Notes under the pieces: model-generated
What the model saw: the letters and a program-made list of their open reading frames with translations, nothing else
Database searches by the model: none
What the model was told of the DNA's origin: nothing
Shown: one piece after another, positions 1-11,943 of the stretch
How positions within the stretch are numbered: the first letter of the stretch is position 1
Layout of the letters: each line of letters opens with the position of its first letter
Position numbers and translations under genes: made by a program
NCBI RefSeq assembly: GCF_054482525.1
Contig: NZ_CM137006.1
Strand: one strand, 5' to 3'
Length of the DNA stretch: 64,000 bases

Positions 1-2
1 TC

Positions 3-668
3 GTGCCGGATTACCTCTATCTGGTGGTGGTGCCCGTCTGTTCGCTGATCCTCGCGGTGTTCCTCGCCCATGCGCTGATTGGTCCGTTTGGTCGCATGAT
101 TGGCGATGGCGTTGCCTTTGCGGTACGTCACCTGATGACCGGCAGCTTTGCTCCGATTGGCGCGGCATTGTTTGGCTTCCTGTACGCCCCGCTGGTGATC
201 ACCGGCGTACATCAGACCACGCTTGCTATTGATTTGCAGATGATTCAAAGCATGGGTGGTACGCCAGTGTGGCCGCTGATTGCGCTGTCGAATATCGCTC
301 AGGGTTCCGCCGTGATAGGCATTATCATTTCCAGCCGCAAGCACAATGAACGCGAGATCTCCGTGCCTGCCGCTATCTCCGCCTGGCTTGGAGTCACTGA
401 GCCTGCTATGTACGGCATCAACCTGAAATATCGCTTCCCGATGCTGTGCGCGATGATTGGTTCTGGTCTGGCAGGATTGCTATGCGGCCTGAACGGCGTT
501 ATGGCGAATGGCATCGGCGTAGGCGGCCTGCCGGGAATTCTCTCGATTCAACCGAGCTACTGGCAGGTGTTTGCGCTGGCAATGGCTATCGCCATCATCA
601 TCCCGATTGTACTCACCTCGTTTATCTATCAGCGGAAATACCGCCTGGGCACGCTGGACATTGTTTAA
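3..668 (+). CDS. treB: PTS trehalose-specific EIIBC component, C-terminal part (5' end outside window)
   Basis: ORF-track translation is a polytopic membrane protein; lies directly upstream of treC as in the E. coli treBC operon. Confidence 0.85.
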   Translation: MPDYLYLVVVPVCSLILAVFLAHALIGPFGRMIGDGVAFAVRHLMTGSFAPIGAALFGFLYAPLVITGVHQTTLAIDLQMIQSMGGTPVWPLIALSNIAQGSAVIGIIISSRKHNEREISVPAAISAWLGVTEPAMYGINLKYRFPMLCAMIGSGLAGLLCGLNGVMANGIGVGGLPGILSIQPSYWQVFALAMAIAIIIPIVLTSFIYQRKYRLGTLDIV

Positions 669-717
669 TTTTCTTCGGGGCGCAATTGCGCCCCCTCGCA
701 TTTGCAGGAATAACGTA

Positions 718-2373
718 ATGACTAATCTTCCCCACTGGTGGCAAAACGGCGTTATCTACCAGATTTATCCAAAGAGTTTTCAGGACACCACGGGTAGCGG
801 CACCGGCGATTTACGTGGCGTTATCCAGCGCCTGGACTATCTGCATAAACTGGGCGTTGATGCCATCTGGCTAACCCCCTTTTATGTCTCTCCCCAGGTT
901 GATAACGGTTACGACGTAGCGAACTATACGGCGATTGATCCCACCTACGGCACGCTGGACGATTTTGACGAACTGGTGACACAGGCAAAATCGCGCGGGA
1001 TTCGTATCATTCTCGATATGGTGTTTAACCATACCTCTACCCAACATGCCTGGTTTCGCGAGGCGCTGAACAAAGCAAGCCCTTACCGCCAGTTTTATAT
1101 CTGGCGCGATGGAGAACCAGAAACGCCACCGAACAACTGGCGTTCAAAATTCGGTGGTAGTGCGTGGCGCTGGCATGCGGAAAGCGAACAGTACTATTTG
1201 CATCTCTTTGCACCAGAACAGGCGGATCTCAACTGGGAGAATCCAGCGGTACGCGCAGAGCTGAAAAAAGTCTGTGAGTTCTGGGCCGATCGTGGGGTCG
1301 ACGGGTTGCGCCTGGATGTGGTGAATCTGATCTCCAAAGACCCGCGTTTCCCTGATGACCTGGATGGCGACGGGCGTCGCTTCTACACCGACGGGCCACG
1401 AGCACACGAGTTTTTGCACGAGATGAACCGCGATGTGTTTACGCCACGCGGGTTAATGACCGTAGGTGAAATGTCCTCCACCAGCCTTGAGCATTGCCAG
1501 CGATACGCGGCTCTGACAGGCAGTGAATTGTCGATGACCTTTAATTTTCATCACCTGAAGGTCGATTATCCCGGTGGTGAGAAATGGACGCTGGCTAAAC
1601 CTGACTTTGTGGCGTTAAAAACATTGTTCCGCCACTGGCAACAAGGAATGCACAACGTGGCATGGAATGCCTTGTTCTGGTGTAACCACGATCAGCCGCG
1701 CATTGTTTCTCGCTTTGGTGATGAAGGTGAATACCGCGTGCCTGCGGCAAAAATGCTGGCGATGGTGCTGCATGGCATGCAGGGAACGCCATATATCTAC
1801 CAGGGCGAAGAGATTGGCATGACTAACCCACATTTCACGCGCATTACTGACTATCGCGACGTGGAGAGCCTCAATATGTTTGCCGAGCTGCGCAACGATG
1901 GGCGTGATACCGACGAGTTATTGGCAATCCTCGCCAGTAAATCCCGTGACAACAGTCGCACACCCATGCAATGGAGCAACGGCGATAATGCCGGGTTTAC
2001 GGCTGGCGAACCGTGGATTGGCCTGGGCGATAACTATCAGGAAATCAACGTAGAAGCCGCGCTGGCCGATGAGTCCTCGGTGTTTTACACCTACCAAAAG
2101 TTAATCGCACTGCGTAAGCAAGAAGCCGTCCTGACATGGGGCGATTACCAGGATCTGCTGCCAAACAGTCCTGTATTGTGGTGCTATCGCCGTGAATGGA
2201 AGGGGCAAACCTTGTTGGTCATTGCCAACCTTAGCCATGAGATCCAACCCTGGCAGCCAGGGCAAATGCGCGGCAACTGGCAGCTTGTGATGCATAACTA
2301 CGAAGAAGCCTCACCACAACCCTGTGCCATGACTTTACGGCCTTTTGAGGCTGTCTGGTGGTTACAGAAGTAA
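718..2373 (+). CDS. treC: trehalose-6-phosphate hydrolase
   Basis: 551 aa from ATG at 718; glycoside hydrolase family 13 sequence recognised as TreC; ORF-track frame extends upstream, start chosen to match known length. Confidence 0.93.
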   Translation: MTNLPHWWQNGVIYQIYPKSFQDTTGSGTGDLRGVIQRLDYLHKLGVDAIWLTPFYVSPQVDNGYDVANYTAIDPTYGTLDDFDELVTQAKSRGIRIILDMVFNHTSTQHAWFREALNKASPYRQFYIWRDGEPETPPNNWRSKFGGSAWRWHAESEQYYLHLFAPEQADLNWENPAVRAELKKVCEFWADRGVDGLRLDVVNLISKDPRFPDDLDGDGRRFYTDGPRAHEFLHEMNRDVFTPRGLMTVGEMSSTSLEHCQRYAALTGSELSMTFNFHHLKVDYPGGEKWTLAKPDFVALKTLFRHWQQGMHNVAWNALFWCNHDQPRIVSRFGDEGEYRVPAAKMLAMVLHGMQGTPYIYQGEEIGMTNPHFTRITDYRDVESLNMFAELRNDGRDTDELLAILASKSRDNSRTPMQWSNGDNAGFTAGEPWIGLGDNYQEINVEAALADESSVFYTYQKLIALRKQEAVLTWGDYQDLLPNSPVLWCYRREWKGQTLLVIANLSHEIQPWQPGQMRGNWQLVMHNYEEASPQPCAMTLRPFEAVWWLQK

Positions 2374-2517
2374 ATCTTCGCTAAGCCCCGGTAATGCCTG
2401 TCATTCCGGGCTTTTGCCTGTCAGTATGTTGTTTTTGTTGATTTTATAATCAAAAAATTCATTAAAAAATTTACATATCGTTGTAGCGCCCGTCATCCGT
2501 ACGCTCTGCTTTTTACT

Positions 2518-2531
2518 TTGAGCTACATCAA
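2518..2531. promoter_or_regulatory. FNR-like site TTGAGctacATCAA upstream of nrdD
   Basis: One mismatch to TTGAT-N4-ATCAA; nrdDG is known to be FNR-activated. Confidence 0.5.
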
Positions 2532-2548
2532 AAAAAGTTCAAACATCC

Positions 2549-2562
2549 TTGATGCAAAGCAC
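2549..2562. promoter_or_regulatory. second, weaker FNR-like half-site region (TTGATgcaaAGCAC)
   Basis: TTGAT half-site roughly 30 bp downstream of first site. Confidence 0.35.
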
Positions 2563-2604
2563 TATATATAGACTTTAAAATGCGTCCCAACCCAATATGT
2601 TGTA
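2558..2604. promoter_or_regulatory. putative NrdR boxes (cactatatatag ... cccaatatgttgt)
   Basis: Two AT-rich palindrome-like motifs about three helical turns apart upstream of nrdD, resembling NrdR-box architecture. Confidence 0.4.
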
Positions 2605-2766
2605 TTAATCGACTATAATTGCTACTACAGCTCCCCACGAAAAAGGTGCGGCGTTGTGGATAAGCGGATGGCGATTGCGGAAAGCACCGGAAAACGAAAC
2701 AAAAAAACCGGAAAACGCCTTTCCCAATTTCTGTGGATAACCTGTTCTTAAAAATATGGAGCGATC

Positions 2767-4905
2767 ATGACACCGCATGTGATGAAACGAGACGGCTGCA
2801 AAGTGCCGTTTAAATCAGAGCGCATCAAAGAAGCGATTCTGCGTGCAGCTAAAGCAGCGGAAGTCGATGATGCCGATTATTGCGCCACTGTTGCTGCGGT
2901 TGTCAGCGAGCAGATGCAGGGCCGCAACCAGGTGGATATCAATGAGATCCAGACCGCAGTTGAAAACCAGCTGATGTCGGGTCCATACAAACAACTGGCT
3001 CGTGCTTACATCGAGTACCGTCACGATCGCGACATTGAACGTGAAAAACGCGGTCGCCTGAACCAGGAGATCCGTGGTCTGGTCGAGCAGACCAACTCCT
3101 CGTTACTCAACGAAAACGCCAACAAAGACAGCAAGGTGATTCCAACCCAGCGCGATCTGCTGGCCGGGATCGTGGCTAAACACTATGCACGCCAGCACCT
3201 GCTGCCGCGTGACGTGGTGCAGGCACATGAACGTGGTGATATTCACTATCACGATCTCGATTACTCGCCGTTCTTCCCGATGTTCAACTGCATGTTGATC
3301 GACCTGAAAGGCATGCTGACCCAGGGCTTTAAAATGGGGAACGCCGAGATTGAACCGCCGAAGTCGATCTCTACGGCAACCGCTGTAACTGCGCAGATTA
3401 TTGCTCAGGTCGCCAGCCATATTTATGGCGGCACCACCATTAACCGTATCGATGAAGTGCTGGCACCGTTTGTCACCGCCAGCTACAACAAACATCGCAA
3501 GACCGCAGAAGAGTGGAACATCCCGGACGCCGAAGGCTACGCTAACTCTCGTACCATCAAAGAGTGCTACGATGCCTTCCAGTCGCTGGAGTACGAAGTA
3601 AACACCCTGCACACCGCCAACGGTCAAACACCGTTTGTGACCTTTGGTTTTGGTCTGGGCACCAGCTGGGAATCGCGCCTGATTCAGGAATCTATCCTGC
3701 GTAATCGTATCGCAGGCCTCGGTAAAAACCGTAAAACTGCGGTGTTCCCGAAACTGGTGTTTGCGATTCGCGATGGCCTGAACCATAAAAAAGGCGATCC
3801 GAACTACGACATCAAACAGCTGGCGCTGGAGTGCGCAAGCAAGCGCATGTATCCGGATATCCTGAACTACGATCAGGTAGTGAAAGTCACCGGTTCGTTT
3901 AAAACCCCGATGGGCTGCCGCAGCTTCCTCGGCGTGTGGGAAAATGAAAACGGCGAGCAGATCCACGATGGTCGTAACAACCTCGGCGTGATCAGCCTGA
4001 ACCTGCCGCGTATTGCTCTGGAGGCAAAAGGCGATGAAGCCACCTTCTGGAAGCTGCTGGATGAACGTCTGGTGCTGGCACGTAAGGCGCTGATGACCCG
4101 TATCGCTCGTCTCGAAGGCGTGAAAGCGCGCGTGGCCCCGATCCTCTATATGGAAGGTGCTTGTGGCGTGCGTCTCAATGCTGACGATGATGTTTCTGAA
4201 ATCTTCAAAAACGGTCGTGCGTCTATTTCGCTGGGTTACATCGGCATCCACGAAACCATTAACGCGCTGTTCGGCGGCGAGCATGTTTACGACAACGAGC
4301 AGCTTCGCGCGAAAGGTATCGCGATTGTTGAACGTCTGCGTCAGGCGGTGGATCAGTGGAAAGAAGAAACGGGTTATGGTTTCAGTCTCTACAGCACGCC
4401 AAGTGAAAACCTGTGCGACCGCTTCTGCCGTCTCGATACCGCTGAGTTTGGCGTGGTGCCGGGCGTGACCGATAAAGGTTACTACACCAACAGTTTCCAC
4501 CTTGATGTGGAGAAAAAGGTGAACCCGTATGACAAGATCGACTTTGAAGCGCCTTACCCGCCGCTGGCGAACGGTGGTTTCATTTGCTACGGCGAGTATC
4601 CAAACATTCAGCACAACCTGAAGGCGCTGGAAGATGTCTGGGATTACAGCTATCAGCATGTACCGTATTACGGCACCAATACGCCGATCGATGAGTGCTA
4701 CGAGTGTGGCTTTACCGGTGAGTTCGAGTGCACTAGTAAAGGCTTCACTTGCCCGAAATGTGGTAACCATGACGCCTCCCGTGTGTCGGTGACTCGCCGC
4801 GTGTGCGGATATTTAGGTAGCCCGGATGCACGTCCGTTTAACGCTGGTAAGCAGGAAGAAGTTAAGCGCCGCGTTAAACATTTGGGAAATGGGCAGATCG
4901 GTTAA
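2767..4905 (+). CDS. nrdD: anaerobic ribonucleoside-triphosphate reductase (glycyl radical enzyme)
   Basis: 712 aa; C-terminal RVCGYLG glycyl-radical motif and Cys-rich Zn site; recognised as NrdD. Confidence 0.95.
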   Translation: MTPHVMKRDGCKVPFKSERIKEAILRAAKAAEVDDADYCATVAAVVSEQMQGRNQVDINEIQTAVENQLMSGPYKQLARAYIEYRHDRDIEREKRGRLNQEIRGLVEQTNSSLLNENANKDSKVIPTQRDLLAGIVAKHYARQHLLPRDVVQAHERGDIHYHDLDYSPFFPMFNCMLIDLKGMLTQGFKMGNAEIEPPKSISTATAVTAQIIAQVASHIYGGTTINRIDEVLAPFVTASYNKHRKTAEEWNIPDAEGYANSRTIKECYDAFQSLEYEVNTLHTANGQTPFVTFGFGLGTSWESRLIQESILRNRIAGLGKNRKTAVFPKLVFAIRDGLNHKKGDPNYDIKQLALECASKRMYPDILNYDQVVKVTGSFKTPMGCRSFLGVWENENGEQIHDGRNNLGVISLNLPRIALEAKGDEATFWKLLDERLVLARKALMTRIARLEGVKARVAPILYMEGACGVRLNADDDVSEIFKNGRASISLGYIGIHETINALFGGEHVYDNEQLRAKGIAIVERLRQAVDQWKEETGYGFSLYSTPSENLCDRFCRLDTAEFGVVPGVTDKGYYTNSFHLDVEKKVNPYDKIDFEAPYPPLANGGFICYGEYPNIQHNLKALEDVWDYSYQHVPYYGTNTPIDECYECGFTGEFECTSKGFTCPKCGNHDASRVSVTRRVCGYLGSPDARPFNAGKQEEVKRRVKHLGNGQIG

Positions 4906-4917
4906 TCTTCACTCTGC

Positions 4918-5050
<133 letters not shown>

Positions 5051-5062
5051 CCAGGCGAAATA

Positions 5063-5527
5063 ATGAATTATCATCAGTACTATCCTGTCGACATCGTCAA
5101 CGGCCCCGGCACTCGCTGCACCCTGTTTGTCTCCGGGTGTGTTCATGAATGCCCCGGTTGCTATAACAAAAGCACCTGGCGGGTAAATTCCGGTCAGCCA
5201 TTTACCAAAGCAATGGAAGACCAGATCATTAACGATCTGAATGACACTCGCATCAAACGCCAGGGGATTTCCCTCTCCGGCGGCGATCCGCTGCATCCGC
5301 AAAACGTGCCGGATATTCTGAAACTGGTACAACGCATCCGCGCCGAATGTCCGGGTAAAGACATTTGGGTGTGGACAGGCTATAAACTCGACGAACTCAA
5401 CGCTGCGCAAATGCAGGTTGTTGATTTGATTAACGTACTGGTCGACGGCAAATTTGTGCAGGATTTAAAAGACCCTTCCCTGATCTGGCGCGGCAGCAGC
5501 AATCAGGTGGTGCATCATTTGCGTTAG
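5063..5527 (+). CDS. nrdG: anaerobic ribonucleotide reductase activating protein (radical SAM)
   Basis: 154 aa; CVHECPGC radical-SAM cysteine motif near N-terminus. Confidence 0.95.
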   Translation: MNYHQYYPVDIVNGPGTRCTLFVSGCVHECPGCYNKSTWRVNSGQPFTKAMEDQIINDLNDTRIKRQGISLSGGDPLHPQNVPDILKLVQRIRAECPGKDIWVWTGYKLDELNAAQMQVVDLINVLVDGKFVQDLKDPSLIWRGSSNQVVHHLR

Positions 5528-5818
5528 TCACTCATCCAGCCGTTTAGTCGCGTCTTCATAAACGGCTGAGTTCTCTCTCTTACCAATAGCTATCACCAAC
5601 ACGAGCAACTCTTTATCGTTAACCTGATAAACCAGGCGATATCCCTGTGTGCGCAGCTTAATTTTGTAGCAGTCCGGTAAATCCCGCAGTTTAGCCGATG
5701 GATTGCGCGGCCTTTTCAGCACATCCTCAAGCTTTTTTTTAAATTGTTCCCGGACTGTCACGCCCAGTTTTTGCCACTCTTTCAGCGCCCGCGGATCAAA
5801 CGCCAGCTCATAGTTCAT
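5528..5818 (-). CDS. RelE/ParE-family type II toxin (mRNA interferase-like)
   Basis: About 97 aa from ATG at 5816-5818 (ORF-track frame extends further upstream); RelE-like sequence; start overlaps stop of upstream antitoxin gene. Confidence 0.72.
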   Translation of the reverse strand: MNYELAFDPRALKEWQKLGVTVREQFKKKLEDVLKRPRNPSAKLRDLPDCYKIKLRTQGYRLVYQVNDKELLVLVIAIGKRENSAVYEDATKRLDE

Positions 5819-6050
5819 CCAGTCGGACCTTAATGGCCTCTTGTGGGTTGGCCAGTCGTTCCCTGACAGTGCGTAACAAGGCTTCTTCACTATCACTGAC
5901 AGTGAGCGTTTTTACCGGCATTCGTCCATTTTCCGCAACGTACTGAAACAGCAGTCGCACTGCTTCAGTAGGCGTGATATTTAATTTTTCCAGCACCGCA
6001 TAAGCCTCATTTTTCAGTTTGTCATCCAGGCGGACGTTAAGTGTGGCCAT
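5808..6050 (-). CDS. RelB/DinJ-family antitoxin
   Basis: 80 aa; N-terminal MATLNVRLDDKLK resembles ribbon-helix-helix antitoxins; GGAGG Shine-Dalgarno 5 bp upstream; 11-bp overlap with toxin gene. Confidence 0.7.
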   Translation of the reverse strand: MATLNVRLDDKLKNEAYAVLEKLNITPTEAVRLLFQYVAENGRMPVKTLTVSDSEEALLRTVRERLANPQEAIKVRLDEL

Positions 6051-6074
6051 TATGCCTCCGGTAATTATGAAAAG

Positions 6075-6110
6075 TGTAATGCATTATAGCATTACATATG
6101 CATTACATTC
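6075..6110. promoter_or_regulatory. putative toxin-antitoxin operator: palindrome TAATGCATTA plus three GCATTA(C) repeats
   Basis: Read directly from sequence 25-60 bp upstream of antitoxin start codon. Confidence 0.4.
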
Positions 6111-6241
6111 ATTTCTGGAAAACGCCTCGCAAAAATGAGGACGACACGCAGGAATATGCCGTGGTGAAGATAGATATTGCGGTGATTTTACGAAGGGAGA
6201 AGAAAGCGTTGGGCGGTAACGTTTCACCGCCCAATAAGGAA

Positions 6242-6631
<390 letters not shown>

Positions 6632-6810
6632 TCACTTCCTTTTTTATTTACACTTCATCCTTCACACTGCCTCATCGACGGCTACGCTCATTCGCCCGAG
6701 TCACGTACTGCGAGTACGCTCCCCGGCCCTCATTCACTTTCCGTCTCGATGCAGTGCGAATGATTTTGTGTAATTTTTTAGTTTATAGCGCGGCAGGTCG
6801 CGCCAGTTTT

Positions 6811-8163
6811 TTACTGCCCGGCGATTTTCATCTCCGGCAACAGCACAGAACCACACTGTATATTACTGCGTGTTTCAATATCGTTACCGACGGTGACAAT
6901 ATTGCGCCACATATCTTTTAAATTACCTGCGATGGTGATTTCACTAACCGGATACTGAATTTCGCCATTCTCTACCCAGAAGCCCGCTGCACCACGGGAA
7001 TAATCACCGGTAATGGCACTCACGCCCTGGCCCATCAGCTCCGTCACCACCAGCCCGGTACCCATCTCTTTGAGCATTTGTTCGAAGCTTAGCCCTTGTC
7101 CGGCAATCCGCCAGTTGTGAATACCGCCTGCGTGTCCAGTGCTTTTCAGCCCCAGTTTCCGCGCCGAGTAGCTGGTCAGCAGCCACTGAGTCAGAATGCC
7201 ATCTTTAATAATATCGCGACGCTCGGTGCGCACACCTTCGCTGTCGAATGGCGTAGAGGCCAGCCCTTTCAGCAGATGCGGATGCTCTTCAATGGTCAGC
7301 CAGTCCGGCAGAATTTGTTTACCCAGCGAATCCAGCAGGAAGGTAGATTTACGGTAAACCGATCCACCCGCTATCGCCCCCACCAGATGCCCAAAAAGCC
7401 CGGTTGCCACTTCATTGGCAAAAATGACCGGCGCTTTCATGGTGGAGAGTTTACGCGGTGACAGGCGCGATAAAGTACGGCGAGCACAGTCGGCCCCAAC
7501 CCACTCTGGCGTTTGCAGATCGCTCATCGCACGACCAATGGTGTAGGCGTAATCACGCTCCATATCGCCATTTTCTTCAGCAATTACACAGCTGGAGAGC
7601 GAATGACGCGTAGAGCAGTAACCCTGCAACATGCCGTGGCTGTTGCCGAAAACTTTGACACCGTAGTGGCTGTTAAAGCTGCCGCCTTCGGTATTGGTGA
7701 TGCGTTTGTCCGCCTGCAATGCCGCCTGTTCTGCGCGGGCCGCCAGTTCAATGGCTTCATCCGGGGAAACTTCCGCAGGGTGGAACAAGTCGAGATCCGG
7801 TGCGTCAAAGGCCAGCAGCTCTTTGTCTGCCACGCCGGCACAGGGATCTGGCGAGGTATAACGGGCAATATCCAGTGCCGCCTGTACGGTGCGGGCAATG
7901 GCCTGCGGGCTTAAATCGGTAGACGATGCGCTACCTTTGCGGTTCTGGTGATAAACAGTGATCCCCAACGCGCCATCGCTATTGAATTCAACATTCTCCA
8001 CTTCACCATAACGCGTGCTTACGCTAATGCCGGTGGTCTTGCTGACGGCAACTTCCGCACCGTCCGATTTGCCTGAGGCCAACTCCAGCGCAGTGGAAAC
8101 TGCTTCTTCCAGAATCTTGCGCTGCGCTTCAACTTGAGAGATTACTTTCATTGCAAGTGCCAT
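6811..8163 (-). CDS. pmbA: metalloprotease PmbA/TldE
   Basis: 450 aa; recognised PmbA sequence. Confidence 0.95.
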
Positions 8164-8256
8164 AATGTAGAGAGTTTCTCTGAAGTCTAACAGAGAACCG
8201 TTTTTCAGTGCGCATCTTAACTGGTAACATTAGCCTCTTTTTTTAAGGAGCCTGAG

Positions 8257-8808
8257 ATGACTAAGCAGCCCGAAGACTGGCTCGACGACGTTCCCGGTGA
8301 TGACATCGAAGACGAAGGCGATGAAATTATCTGGGTCAGTAAAAGTGAAATTAAACGCGATGCCGAAGAGCTAAAACGCCTTGGCGCGGAAATTGTTGAT
8401 CTGGGGAAAAACGCGCTGGATAAGATCCCGTTAGATGCGGATCTGCGCGCGGCTATTGAGCTCGCCCAGCGTATTAAGATGGAAGGTCGCCGCCGCCAGT
8501 TGCAGCTCATCGGTAAGATGCTGCGCCAGCGCGATGTTGAACCGATCCGTCAGGCGCTGGATAAGCTGAAAAACCGTCACAACCAGCAGGTGGTACTGTT
8601 CCATAAACTGGAAAACCTGCGCGATCGTCTGATCGACCAGGGTGATGACGCCATCGCTGAAGTATTAAATCTGTGGCCCGATGCCGATCGTCAGCAACTG
8701 CGAACTCTGATCCGCAACGCGAAGAAAGAGAAAGAAGGGAATAAGCCGCCGAAATCCGCACGCCAGATTTTCCAGTATCTGCGCGAGTTAGCGGAGAACG
8801 AAGGGTAA
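8257..8808 (+). CDS. yjgA: ribosome-associated protein YjgA (DUF615)
   Basis: 183 aa; acidic N-terminus and conserved position divergent from pmbA. Confidence 0.9.
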   Translation: MTKQPEDWLDDVPGDDIEDEGDEIIWVSKSEIKRDAEELKRLGAEIVDLGKNALDKIPLDADLRAAIELAQRIKMEGRRRQLQLIGKMLRQRDVEPIRQALDKLKNRHNQQVVLFHKLENLRDRLIDQGDDAIAEVLNLWPDADRQQLRTLIRNAKKEKEGNKPPKSARQIFQYLRELAENEG

Positions 8809-8835
8809 TTTTCGTTGTTGATGTGAGTATGGTTT

Positions 8836-9630
<795 letters not shown>

Positions 9631-9734
9631 ATCAGCATACTTGTCCTTAGCCTTCTGCAGTGACAGCTGGTAGTACAGCGTGCTTCTGGCCAGCCCTGCA
9701 GCCTTTAACAGGTCAGACTGGCAGTGTCCGCACC

Positions 9735-10265
9735 TCAGGCTCCGGATGACTTTCGTTTTTTCTCCAGCTCCTGGCGCTTTTTTTCCAGGAGATGCTCCTG
9801 CATGGCTTTCAGATATGCATTTTCTGCGCGAAGATAACGCAGCTCATTCTTCATCTCTTCCGGCGTCATGTTTGCCTCGTTTTCATGGGTATCATCAGAA
9901 CGGGTCATGCTTTTCTCCTTCCTGCGCCTGATAAAGGCCTCATTACCAGATTTGCGGTAGCCTTTTATCCAGTTTTTAACCGTGTTGTGGCTGGGAATGT
10001 TAAACCGGGCAGCTACCCGGGGTAGAGACTCAGAATGCCCGAGAGCATAAAGAACCACGCAAAGTTTATCTTCAGGAGAATAGCTACGCTTGTGTCTGCA
10101 ATCCAGTGCCCGAGGACCGTGAAGAAGAAAAAGATTAATCCAGTGTGAGAGGCTGGTGTGAGAAAGTTGAAAGAGTTTTGCCGTAGAAATGATGCCTGCA
10201 TGACCAGCCAGGTAGTGATTTACAGCGGCAAGTTTTACTTCAAATGAATGTTTCATAAACTGCAC
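9735..10265 (-). CDS. IS3-family transposase OrfA (HTH plus leucine zipper)
   Basis: 176 aa; helix-turn-helix N-terminus and C-terminal heptad-repeat region. Confidence 0.8.
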   Translation of the reverse strand: MQFMKHSFEVKLAAVNHYLAGHAGIISTAKLFQLSHTSLSHWINLFLLHGPRALDCRHKRSYSPEDKLCVVLYALGHSESLPRVAARFNIPSHNTVKNWIKGYRKSGNEAFIRRRKEKSMTRSDDTHENEANMTPEEMKNELRYLRAENAYLKAMQEHLLEKKRQELEKKRKSSGA

Positions 10266-10307
10266 CTTCAGATGTCAGATTATGTCCAACATTTGGGGTG
10301 CAGTTCA

Positions 10308-10380
10308 TCAAGCGTCGCATCAGGCACTATGCTCAAATGCCGGATGCGGCGTAAACGCTTTATCCGGCATACACACACAT
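10308..10380. repeat. REP palindromic unit right half plus adjacent REP
   Basis: agcgtcgcatcaggc ... gccggatgcggcgtaaacgc. Confidence 0.6.
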
Positions 10381-10394
10381 GCAAGGCTTCAGAA

Positions 10395-11768
10395 TTACTG
10401 CGCGGCTTCCGCTTTCTTCGCCAGTCCATCCAGCAGTTTCTGATGGATCCCACCAAAACCGCCATTGCTCATCACCAGAATATGGTCGCCAGGCTGAGCG
10501 GTTTTCACCACCATATCTGCCAGCGTATCCACATCGCCGCTCCAGTGTGCAGGCTGAACGCAGGCTTCTGCCACTTCTGCCACCTGCCACGGAATATGCG
10601 CCGGTTGCAGCAGGAAGACTTCATCGGCACGACCTAATGAAGGTGCCAGATCGTCTTTGCAGATCCCCATTTTCATGGTATTCGAGCGCGGTTCCAGCAC
10701 AGCAATAATGCGCGCCGTACCACCAACTTTGCCACGCAGCGCCGCCAGCGTTGCCAGAATCGCCGTCGGGTGATGGGCAAAATCGTCATATACCGTGACG
10801 CCATTCGCTTCACCACGCAACTCCAGACGGCGACGAGCATTAATAAACGAACCCAGCGCGTTAGCGGCATCTGCCGGCGCTACACCAACATGGCGAGCCG
10901 CCGCAATCGCCATCAGGCCATTGTGCATATTATGTTCGCCTACCAGCGACCATTTCACTTCACCCACTTTTTCGCCATCCAGCAAGACTTCCCATTCAGA
11001 AGCGTCAGTGGTCAGCTTTTTCGCCTGCCAGTGACCTTGCTCGCCCACCAGCTCCTGCTCGCTCCAACAGCCCATCGCCATGGTCTGTTTCAGGTTGATG
11101 TCGTTTTCCGGCCAGATAATACGGCCCTGCCCCGGAACGATACGCACCAGATGGTGGAACTGTTTCTGGATCGCTTTCAGGTCGTCAAAGATATCGGCGT
11201 GATCGAACTCAAGGTTGTTGAGGATCAGCGTACGCGGGCAGTAATGGACAAATTTAGAGCGTTTGTCGAAGAAGGCGCAGTCGTACTCATCCGCTTCGAT
11301 AACAAAGAAGTCGCTTTCGCCCAGACGCGCCGAGACCTCAAAGTTCCCCGGCACACCGCCGATCACAAATCCTGGTTTGTAACCGCACTGTTCCAGAATC
11401 CAGGTCGCCATTCCCGCTGTAGTCGTTTTACCGTGTGTACCGGCGACGGCCAGCACCCAACGGTCACGCAGCACAAAATCGTGCAGCCACTGCGGACCTG
11501 ACATATAAGGGATGTTTTTTTCCAGTACCGCTTCCACACACGGATTTCCACGGGTCATGGCGTTGCCAATAATCACCAGATCCGGCTGCGGTTCGAGCTG
11601 GCTGGCATCGTAACCCTGAATCAGTTCAATGCCTTGCTTCTCAAGTAAGGTGCTCATCGGCGGATACACATTGGCGTCCGAACCCGTTACTTCATGGCCT
11701 AACTGGCGCGCCAGCATCGCCAGACCGCCCATAAACGTGCCACAAATTCCTAAAATATGAATGCGCAT
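10395..11768 (-). CDS. mpl: UDP-N-acetylmuramate:L-alanyl-gamma-D-glutamyl-meso-diaminopimelate ligase
   Basis: 457 aa; Mur ligase fold sequence recognised as Mpl. Confidence 0.95.
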
Positions 11769-11943
11769 ACGTCACTATCCTTTTTTAATCTGCCGCTCAT
11801 TTTACGCATATGTCGGGCAAGTGAGAAACGCATTTCAGGATAATCCGCAATTTGCTGGCGCGATTCACCTGAGCGCAACATTGAGATTATTTGTTAAGAT
11901 TGTTGCGGTCGCTTTACTCCATAAACATTGCAGGGAAAGTTTT

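Noticed and set aside
3103-4770. 555-aa ORF antisense to nrdD
   Set aside because: Lies entirely inside the strongly supported nrdD gene on the opposite strand; typical antisense open frame in GC-rich coding sequence with no independent signal.
6788-6812. Short hairpin (gcgcg/cgcgc) followed by T6 on plus strand at the pmbA 3' end
   Set aside because: Stem is only 5 bp, overlaps the pmbA stop codon, and no plus-strand gene lies upstream; too weak to call a terminator or sRNA.
10770-11501. 243-aa ORF antisense to mpl
   Set aside because: Internal to mpl on the opposite strand.
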